A stretch of DNA of 13,162 nt, taken from the NCBI GenBank assembly GCA_040220235.1, contig JAVJTO010000062.1; one strand, 5' to 3'. Positions 6,633-13,162 of the stretch are shown piece by piece; the stretch's first letter is position 1, and every line of letters begins with the position of its first letter. The notes below the pieces were generated by a model. The model worked only from the letters and a program-made list of their open reading frames with translations, was not told the origin of the DNA and made no database searches. The stretch is from Coleofasciculus sp. B1-GNL1-01 (lineage in GTDB: Bacteria > Cyanobacteriota > Cyanobacteriia > Cyanobacteriales > Coleofasciculaceae). The position numbers and the translations under genes are program-made.

Positions 6633-8501
6633 ATGCTGATGACTCAGTTTTTCCTTGACTCTGCCTGGTTAATTCCTTGCTATCCCCTATTAGGTGCAAT
6701 TTTAGCCATCCCTTGGTCTCCGGCGATTATCAATCGTACCGGACCCAGACCCGCTGGCTATCTTAATCTCTTGATGACCTTCATCGCTTTTTGGCATGGG
6801 TTGTTGGCATTACTCGCCATCTGGAATCAACCTGCCCAATCGGTTGTGATTCCCTGGCTACAGGTGGTTGATTTGGATTTATCCATTCCCGTAGAAATGT
6901 CGGCGGTTACGATTGGGGCGACGATGGTGATCACTGGGTTGAATTTCCTCGCCCAAATCCATGCTATTGGTTACCTAGAAACCGATTGGGGATGGGCGCG
7001 GTTCTATTCGTTGCTGGCATTGTTTGAAGCGGGAATGTGCGGCTTGGTTCTGTGCAATTCCTTGTTTTTCAGTTACATTATCCTGGAAATTCTTACTCTG
7101 GGAACCTATCTTTTGGTTGGATTTTGGTTTAATCAATCCTTGGTGGTAACCGGGGCGAGAGATGCATTTCTAACCAAACGGGTGGGCGATTTAGTCCTAT
7201 TAATGGGGGTCATTGGTATCTATCCCCTATCCAAAACCTGGAATTTTTCGGAATTGGCAGACTGGGCAAGTACGGTTAATCTTGATCCGAAAGTCGCTGC
7301 ATTGGTTGGTTTAGCATTACTGGCTGGTCCGATGGGTAAATGCGCTCAAGTTCCCCTGCATTTATGGTTAGATGAAGCCATGGAAGGACCGGTTCCTAGC
7401 ACCATTTTACGGAATGCGGTGGTGGTCTGTACGGGGGCGTGGGTGTTGATTAAATTGCAACCTGTTATCGCCATATCTCCCGTTGCGATATCTGCCACAA
7501 TTTTGATTGGTGCTGTTACCGCCGTGGGTGGTACGATGGTCGCGATCGCCCAAATTGATATTAAGCGTACTCTGTCCTATCTGGTCAGCGCTTATTTGGG
7601 ATTGGTGTTTATTGCGGTGGGTACAGGACAAATCCAAACCGCCCTGTTGTTATTGTTGACCTACGCCGCCGCCATGGGGTTATTGGTGATGAGTACGGGG
7701 ACGGTTATTTGGAACAGTATTACTCAGGATGTGACGCAATTGGGCGGATTATGGGCGAAGCGCCCTGCTTGTGGCTTGTCTTACTTGGTGGGGGCGGCTG
7801 GATTGATTGCGGTTCCCCCTCTGGGCGGATTTTGGGCGTTTTTACAGTTGGGGGATTCTCTGTTTACCAGTCACCCGAAATTATTTGCCCTGGTGTTAGT
7901 GGTGAATGCTTTAGCGGCGTTTAGCCTCTTGCGGGTTTTCGGGTTAGTCTTCGGTGGACAAGCTAAAGAAATGGCACAGCGATCGCCTGAAGCACATTGG
8001 CCCATGGTCTTCCCTATGATACTGCTGATGGGGTTTACCTTGCACGTTCCTTTACTGTTAGCCACCTGGAATCTGTTACCAGAATGGGTAGGCGTGAATC
8101 CGACGGTGGCGGCTTCGCTGATGTTATCGAGTGCGATTGGTGGCGGTGCAGCCGCATATCTGTATCTGAGTAGCCAGGTGGAAAAGCCGATTCGATTTGG
8201 TTCAAAGGCGCTGCAAGACTTTTTTGCCTACGATTTATATACCCAAAAGTTATATCGGGGAACCGTAGTGTTTCTGGTGGATTTGATCTCGAGAACCATT
8301 TCTTGGGTTGACCGCTATATCGTGGATGGTTTGGCTAATTTAGTCGCCTTTATGACGATGTTTAGTGGGCAAAACTTGAAGTATAATGTTTCGGGTCAAA
8401 CTCAGTTTTATGCGTTGACCATTTTGTTAGGAATAGCATTATTTGGATTTTTGTTGAGTTTGCCGATTCTGTCGCGTATTTCGCTGATTGTTGGTTCGTA
8501 G
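6633..8501 (+). CDS. ndhF3: NAD(P)H-quinone oxidoreductase subunit F3 (NDH-1MS CO2-uptake complex)
   Basis: NuoL/ND5-family motifs RTGPRPAGY, DWGWARF, ARDAFLTKRVGD and GKCAQVPLHLWLDEAMEGPVP. Synteny with ndhD and a CupA-sized CO2 hydration protein. Confidence 0.93.
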   Translation: MLMTQFFLDSAWLIPCYPLLGAILAIPWSPAIINRTGPRPAGYLNLLMTFIAFWHGLLALLAIWNQPAQSVVIPWLQVVDLDLSIPVEMSAVTIGATMVITGLNFLAQIHAIGYLETDWGWARFYSLLALFEAGMCGLVLCNSLFFSYIILEILTLGTYLLVGFWFNQSLVVTGARDAFLTKRVGDLVLLMGVIGIYPLSKTWNFSELADWASTVNLDPKVAALVGLALLAGPMGKCAQVPLHLWLDEAMEGPVPSTILRNAVVVCTGAWVLIKLQPVIAISPVAISATILIGAVTAVGGTMVAIAQIDIKRTLSYLVSAYLGLVFIAVGTGQIQTALLLLLTYAAAMGLLVMSTGTVIWNSITQDVTQLGGLWAKRPACGLSYLVGAAGLIAVPPLGGFWAFLQLGDSLFTSHPKLFALVLVVNALAAFSLLRVFGLVFGGQAKEMAQRSPEAHWPMVFPMILLMGFTLHVPLLLATWNLLPEWVGVNPTVAASLMLSSAIGGGAAAYLYLSSQVEKPIRFGSKALQDFFAYDLYTQKLYRGTVVFLVDLISRTISWVDRYIVDGLANLVAFMTMFSGQNLKYNVSGQTQFYALTILLGIALFGFLLSLPILSRISLIVGS

Positions 8502-8520
8502 TTGCGCTTTAGCGCCCTAC
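8498..8520. repeat. Short GTAG...CTAC REP-like palindrome overlapping the ndhF3 stop codon
   Basis: GTAGTTGCGC-TTTA-GCGCCCTAC; the TAG at 8499-8501 is the ndhF3 stop. Confidence 0.75.
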
Positions 8521-8657
8521 AACTCACAGGACTGACGACAAACGCTTAAACCAACAAAATTCCTTTGCAGTTAGACAGGAATCAGAATGAAGTGTAAACC
8601 AAGTAGATGGACAACGATAGATAGAAGCAAAAAATGATAACGGTTTATACATCGATA

Positions 8658-8677
8658 AGACGTGCCATGGCGCGTTT
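8658..8677. repeat. Degenerate palindromic repeat
   Basis: AGACGTGCCATGGCGCGTTT, a near-perfect palindrome centred on CCATGG. Confidence 0.5.
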
Positions 8678-8792
8678 TGAGGTTTGAGGGTTTCGGGGTG
8701 GGTTGAATTAGAATGTTTCTAGTTAGTTAGAGATTGATAAACTCGCCCCCATTAAGTGGAAGCGTTTTAAGTTGGGAAATTTTGACGGGATT

Positions 8793-10307
8793 ATGCTAAG
8801 TACGCTGATTGGGTTACCTGTTGTTGGTGCGATTATAATCGGGTTTCTGCCGGGGAAAGTGCCACAAAACCGACTCCGTTCAATTGCTTTGGCGGTGGCG
8901 ACGGCGATTGTTCTGGTGACGTTGTGGTTAGCTACGAAGTTTGATATCACCTATTCCGGTTGGCAGTTTCAAGAGGAGTTAACCTGGATTCCTCAGTTGG
9001 GGTTATCTTACAAGTTAGGCACGGATGGTTTATCGTTTCCGTTGCTGGCGTTGGGGAGTTTGTTGAACTGGGTGGTTATTTTTAGTAGCCGCATTGATGT
9101 GGAACGGCTTCGCCTGAAATATGCCCTGATTTTGTTGGTGAATGCAGGGGTTACTGGGGCGTTTCTGGCACAGAATTTGTTGCTGTTTGTCCTGTTTTAT
9201 GAATTGGTATTGATTCCCTTGTATCTGTTAATCGCGATTTGGGGGGGAAGCAAGCGGGAATATGCGGCGATGAAGTTTCTCATCTATACCGCTGTGTCTG
9301 GAATTCTGATTCTGGCGGCATTTTTGGGGATGACATGGCTGAGTAATTCGACTAGCTTTAATTATGAGGCGATTCAAACTCAAGGGTTATCGTTAACCAC
9401 TCAGTTGATTCTGCTAAGCATTCTATTGGTGGGATTTGGGATTAAAATTCCCCTGGTTCCCTTACATACTTGGTTACCCGATGCTTATGTGGAAGCGTCG
9501 CCTGTGGTGGCGATTCTTTTGGGGGGTGTGGTAGCGAAGATGGGAACTTATGGGTTGGTACGCTATGGGTTACAATTGTTTCCCGAAACTTGGTCATTGG
9601 TCGCGCCGGGATTGTCAATTGTTGGCGTGGTGAGTGTATTGTATGGTGCATTGAGTGCGATCGCCCAAAAAGATATTAAACGAATGGTGGCGTATAGTTC
9701 CATCGGTCACATGGGGTACATCGTTGTCGCCGCCGCTGCGTTAACGCCGTTGAGTCTTTTGGGTTGTATTACTCAGATGGTGAGTCATGGGATGATTCTG
9801 GCGATTCTGTTTTATTTGGTTGGGGTGGTGGAAACCAAGGTGGGAACTCGCGAGTTGGATGTTTTGAATGGGTTGATGAATCCAACGCGGGGTTTACCCG
9901 TGGTGAGTGCGTTACTGATTTTAGGGGGAATGGCAAGTGCGGGGATTCCTGGTTTAGTCGGGTTTGTGGCAGAATTTTTGGTGTTTCAAGGAAGTTATGT
10001 GGTGTTTCCTTGGCAAACCCTTTTATGTATTTTTGCGTCCGGGTTAACGGCAGTTTATTTTGTAATTCTGCTGAATCGGACATGTTTTGGCAAGTTGGAT
10101 AATCGTAAGGCGTACTATCCGAAAGTTCTCTGGAATGAAAAAGCGCCCGCGATTATTTTGGCGGTGATTATTTTCTTCCTGGGAATTCAACCAACTTGGT
10201 TAGTTCGGTGGACAGAAACAACCACGAATGCGATTGTTTCGGCGGTGCCGACTCCGGTTAATCAGAAGGTGGCGTTGAAGGAGGCGTCATTAGTCATTCG
10301 TCATTAG
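8793..10307 (+). CDS. ndhD3: NAD(P)H-quinone oxidoreductase subunit D3 (NuoM/ND4 family)
   Basis: Motifs LFYELVLIPLYLLIAIWGG, IKIPLVPLHTWLPDAY, KDIKRMVAYSSIGHMG and GIPGLVGFVAEF. ATG 8793 (MLSTLI) is preferred over the TTG at 8772. Confidence 0.93.
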   Translation: MLSTLIGLPVVGAIIIGFLPGKVPQNRLRSIALAVATAIVLVTLWLATKFDITYSGWQFQEELTWIPQLGLSYKLGTDGLSFPLLALGSLLNWVVIFSSRIDVERLRLKYALILLVNAGVTGAFLAQNLLLFVLFYELVLIPLYLLIAIWGGSKREYAAMKFLIYTAVSGILILAAFLGMTWLSNSTSFNYEAIQTQGLSLTTQLILLSILLVGFGIKIPLVPLHTWLPDAYVEASPVVAILLGGVVAKMGTYGLVRYGLQLFPETWSLVAPGLSIVGVVSVLYGALSAIAQKDIKRMVAYSSIGHMGYIVVAAAALTPLSLLGCITQMVSHGMILAILFYLVGVVETKVGTRELDVLNGLMNPTRGLPVVSALLILGGMASAGIPGLVGFVAEFLVFQGSYVVFPWQTLLCIFASGLTAVYFVILLNRTCFGKLDNRKAYYPKVLWNEKAPAIILAVIIFFLGIQPTWLVRWTETTTNAIVSAVPTPVNQKVALKEASLVIRH

Positions 10308-10320
10308 TTATTCGTCTTAT
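10286..10320 (+). repeat. STRR2-type heptamers overlapping the ndhD3 3' end
   Basis: gtcatta gtcattc gtcatta gttattc gtcttat; the stop TAG at 10305-10307 lies inside the array. Confidence 0.85.
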
Positions 10321-10551
10321 GTAGTTCTTTGAGGTGAACAACGGGCGGGTTTTGTCGCCAAGCTAGGGACAACAATTAATATTAATCCCTAAACCCGCCC
10401 CTACAGGATTAAAAATCATTCCCTTGAACAAAGTCTTATGTCGTTCTTTGACGTGAACAACGGGCGGGTTTTGTAGCCAAGCTAGGGACAACAATCAATA
10501 TTAATCCCTAAACCCGCCCCTACAGCATTAACAATCATTTCCTTGAACAAC
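10314..10551 (+). repeat. 119-bp tandem duplication, each unit carrying a REP-like stem-loop
   Basis: Units 10314-10432 and 10433-10551 differ by 8 substitutions with no indels (manual alignment). Confidence 0.95.
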
Positions 10552-10582
10552 GTGAAGGGTTAACACTAAAAACTTGATAACC

Positions 10583-11905
10583 ATGGTACAAACTCCAACC
10601 AAACCAGCAACGAAATTACCCCCGTCTCAGCATGAATTGGCGGATATTGTTCACCGCTTGGAAGCGGGGGGGGCGATGGTTCCCGATACGCCGGAAAACC
10701 TGATGCAAATTATTGGCATTTGGAAGGCGTATGCGGTGCCAATGGATTTCTATTGGCGGGATTTGCTTTATATTGGCGAACGAGTCTTTTTGAATCCGTT
10801 TCCCTTCTTTAAATATTTTCTGCCCAAAGAATATTTAGACCTCCATAATCATTATGCCGGAGATGATGCCGATTTACGCATTTGGCGGGGTCAAGCAACG
10901 GCGCATCCGGAACTTGTGGAATTTATTGAGACAGGGGAAACCCAGAAAATGCCCAAGTTGTTGCATCACTTGTGGCATGACCGGATTAATATGGAGTTTG
11001 CTGAAGCCTGTATGCGGGCAATGCTTTGGCATCGGAATATGTACGCCCCGGTGAATCAGTTTGATCCGTATCTGGATACTGAAGAGTATAAGAACAATGC
11101 GAATCGGGCAATTCAGGCGTATTTTAAAGGGAATCCGGTGATGCTGGGATGGCATAAGCTGTTCCCAGAGATGTTTATCGAACAATGTCGTCAGGCGTCG
11201 TATTATAGTCTATTGGGGCTATTCTGGGAAGTCATGGCACCCGTGTTCTTTGAGGTATCGGATCTCTACGACGAAGGAAAAATCACCTCTGTCCCTGAAG
11301 CGATGAACTTTTTGGTAAATGGCATCTTCGCGATCGCGGGTCGTCCGATCTATCATCATGTGTATGTCAAAGGGGAATGTTATGAGGTGATTCCCAAGTC
11401 CAAGGGGTTTACCTGGCTGTATGAGGCGGCGCTTCCTTATGTGGAAGCAGTATTCTATCGCACAGCGCCCTTTAGGGGTACGAAGTCTTATAATGCCCAA
11501 GCCAAGGAAGTTCCCACTGATCAGAAAGACTTCCATTATGGGGTTCTCTATGCCGATAAATTCCCCGTGGGTTCGGCGGGAATTCCACCCACATTACTGA
11601 TGCAGGATATGTTACATTTCTTACCGCCTTATCTGCGAGACTTCTATGAAAAGCGTTGTCGCAGTGAAAATGATATCCTGAATCAAATTGGTATAACGTT
11701 TCAGCGATCGATGTATTGTGTGACATCGGCAGTATTTCAGGCGTTACGAACCGCACTGTTGTATCCCTTAGATGACCCGAATCCCAAGCATTTACAGGCG
11801 AATCGGGCATTTTTTGAAGCGCAATTAGACCGATTCTGCCGCCCAGAGTATGGAATCCGGGAGGCGGCACGGTTAGAATATATTCAGACTGCCGATTATC
11901 GGTAA
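10583..11905 (+). CDS. cupA: CO2 hydration protein CupA (ChpY)
   Basis: Motifs HRLEAGGAMVPDTPENL, PFPFFKYF, LWHDRINMEFAEACMRAMLWH, PFRGTKSYNAQA and GSAGIPPTLLMQDMLHFLP. At 440 aa from ATG 10583 it fits CupA rather than the shorter CupB. Confidence 0.95.
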   Translation: MVQTPTKPATKLPPSQHELADIVHRLEAGGAMVPDTPENLMQIIGIWKAYAVPMDFYWRDLLYIGERVFLNPFPFFKYFLPKEYLDLHNHYAGDDADLRIWRGQATAHPELVEFIETGETQKMPKLLHHLWHDRINMEFAEACMRAMLWHRNMYAPVNQFDPYLDTEEYKNNANRAIQAYFKGNPVMLGWHKLFPEMFIEQCRQASYYSLLGLFWEVMAPVFFEVSDLYDEGKITSVPEAMNFLVNGIFAIAGRPIYHHVYVKGECYEVIPKSKGFTWLYEAALPYVEAVFYRTAPFRGTKSYNAQAKEVPTDQKDFHYGVLYADKFPVGSAGIPPTLLMQDMLHFLPPYLRDFYEKRCRSENDILNQIGITFQRSMYCVTSAVFQALRTALLYPLDDPNPKHLQANRAFFEAQLDRFCRPEYGIREAARLEYIQTADYR

Positions 11906-11925
11906 TATAGGTTTGAAAAATTACC

Positions 11926-11958
11926 AGATCCCCGACTTCCTTGAGAAGTCGGGGATCT
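11926..11958 (+). terminator. Perfect 14-bp hairpin after cupA (dispersed palindromic repeat, likely terminator or mRNA stabiliser)
   Basis: AGATCCCCGACTTC-cttga-GAAGTCGGGGATCT, 20 bp after the cupA stop. It has no adjacent U-tract, so terminator function is inferred. Confidence 0.6.
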
Positions 11959-12141
11959 CCGTCTAAAAAATATGTCTATAGATATAGGAGAGATATAGAA
12001 AAAAAGCTTAAAATTTGCCTAATTCAGTTCTAAAAATGAATTAACGTTAGTATTAATGTAAGACGCCAATCTCATAAAAGTCTAGGGGCGGATGTATGAA
12101 TATTACAGAATCCACTCATTCTCCAGCCAAGCTTCTACAAT

Positions 12142-12425
12142 GTCAACAACCCAGCGCTGACCGATAAAAGCGGTACAGCGTGGGCTTGAGAAGAAATTCT
12201 CAAGCCTTGTTGATTAGCCTTAGTAGTTCGTTAATAGTAAGAGCTACTCCGTTTATCGAGAATATATAGGCATCGTGGGGTGCAGGGTTGACTATCCGTT
12301 TCCTAGCTCCACGCTCTGCGGTTTTTCATTAAACATTCCTGTTGGGTAGGGAAAGTATGGAAACATCAAAACCTTGATAAACATTGGCGAAGGAAACCAC
12401 ACCCTGAGCGAAGTCGAAGGGTGAA
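12142..12425 (+). ncRNA. omegaRNA (HEARO-type) scaffold of an IscB OMEGA system
   Basis: Starts with GTCAACAACCC. Pairings seen: GTCAACAA (12142-49) with TTGTTGAT (12207-14); GGCTTGAGAA-GAAA-TTCTCAAGCC (12183-12206); GTTTATCGAG with CTTGATAAAC; CGTGGGG with CTCCACG; long-range GTTTCCT (12298-304) with AGGAAAC (12391-97). Contains CATTGGCGAAG and lies directly upstream of iscB. The 3' end is approximate. Confidence 0.88.
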
Positions 12426-12445
12426 AACCTTAACTTTAGGTGAAA

Positions 12446-13162
12446 ATGAAAGTTTACGTTATCAACAAACATGGGCGTCCCTTGATGCCCACAACTCCCA
12501 GGAAAGCAAGACTCTTGCTCAAAAATGGTAAAGCCAAAATCGTTGGAGGCGACCCATTCACTATCCAGTTAATCTACGGTTCGAGTGGTTACACTCAGCC
12601 TGTAGAGTTGGGTATTGACGCAGGGTACGAGAACATTGGATTCAGTGGCGTCAATGAGAAAGAGGAGGTGATAGGTGGCGAACTTAAAATGCTCAAGGGA
12701 ATGTCTGAAAGGATTACCGAAAAGCGGAAGTATCGTCGTACTCGTCGGAATCGACTTAGATACCGAAAGCCTCGCTTTTCTAACCGAAGAATAAACAAAG
12801 GATGGTTAGCACCTAGTATCCAGCACAAACTAGATACTCATCACCGCCTTATCGACAAAATTCGCCGTATTCTTCCAGTCATTGCTGTGACTATCGAAGT
12901 AGCAGCTTATGATATCCAGAAAATCAACAATCCCACTATTGAGGGAGAGCAGTACCAGTACGGGGAAAAATATGGTTTCGACAACCTGCGGGAATATATC
13001 CTGCACCGGGATAGACACAAATGTCAGAATCCAAATTGTAAGAACAAAGCAGATAGTCCTATTCTGCAAGTTCACCATTTAGGCTTCTGGAAGAATCCCC
13101 CTGATCGTACAGACAGACCAGCTAATCTGGTAACTCTGTGTACTAAGTGTCACACCTCAAAG
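12446..13162 (+). CDS. iscB: RNA-guided endonuclease IscB (5' 239 codons, open to the window edge)
   Basis: Manual translation: MKVYVINKHGRPLMPTTPRKARLLLKNGKAK (PLMP domain), LGIDAG (RuvC-I D58), KRKYRRTRRNRLRYRKPRFSNR (bridge helix), GWLAPS, TIEVA (RuvC-II E151), and REYILHRDRHKCQNPNC...QVHH...NLVTLCTKCH (HNH). Not in the ORF track, presumably because no stop codon is reached. Confidence 0.97.
   Translation, partial: MKVYVINKHGRPLMPTTPRKARLLLKNGKAKIVGGDPFTIQLIYGSSGYTQPVELGIDAGYENIGFSGVNEKEEVIGGELKMLKGMSERITEKRKYRRTRRNRLRYRKPRFSNRRINKGWLAPSIQHKLDTHHRLIDKIRRILPVIAVTIEVAAYDIQKINNPTIEGEQYQYGEKYGFDNLREYILHRDRHKCQNPNCKNKADSPILQVHHLGFWKNPPDRTDRPANLVTLCTKCHTSK

Larger units (their letters stand above)
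1464..11337. repeat. HIP1 octamers GCGATCGC, dispersed (at least 12)
   Basis: Starts at 1464, 1776, 3275, 3508, 3702, 4213, 4379, 5976, 7542, 7979, 9657 and 11330. Confidence 0.95.
12142..13162 (+). mobile_element. IS200/IS605-superfamily IscB-encoding element (partial; no tnpA seen in the window)
   Basis: omegaRNA plus iscB layout, with a subterminal imperfect hairpin CCCAGCGCTGACCG...CGGTACAGCGTGGG at 12150-12184. Confidence 0.8.

Noticed and set aside
10314..10551. Possible mini-CRISPR array
   Set aside because: The whole unit, including the would-be spacer, is duplicated, and there are no cas genes in the window.
435..11870. Other short ORFs nested in or antisense to the 160-aa and 286-aa genes, proS, ndhF3, ndhD3 and cupA
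   Set aside because: They overlap better-supported genes and show no motifs.
6633..11905. ndhF4-ndhD4-cupB (low-affinity system) as an alternative call
   Set aside because: The 440-aa hydration protein and its N-terminus fit CupA; CupB is markedly shorter.
12595..13078. Minus-strand ORFs of 77 aa and 82 aa
   Set aside because: They are antisense shadows of iscB, which has clear motifs on the + strand.
12446..13162. Cas9, IsrB or TnpB as alternative calls
   Set aside because: The PLMP N-terminus, lack of a REC lobe and lack of a CRISPR array argue against Cas9. The HNH domain excludes IsrB and TnpB.

Overview
Chromosomal window from a cyanobacterium: at least 12 HIP1 GCGATCGC octamers and STRR heptamer repeats are present. 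A filamentous, Oscillatoriales/Coleofasciculus-like origin is an inference. Left to right it holds: the 5' tip of a probable IS630-family transposase (minus strand, runs off the window); a 160-aa two-module hypothetical protein; a 286-aa orphan with an RxxxxH (HEPN-like) motif; proS; an hpsL-like (Wzy/O-antigen-ligase-type) membrane protein 6 bp after proS; a repeat-filled spacer around a small secreted Cys protein; and the high-affinity CO2-uptake genes ndhF3-ndhD3-cupA, with no cupS behind them. The right end carries an OMEGA locus that the ORF track missed: a roughly 280-nt omegaRNA/HEARO-type ncRNA followed by iscB (PLMP, RuvC-I, bridge helix, RuvC-II, HNH; cut by the window edge). Intergenic DNA is rich in GTAG...CTAC REP-like palindromes and short tandem repeats, and two of these supply the stop codons of ndhF3 and ndhD3.
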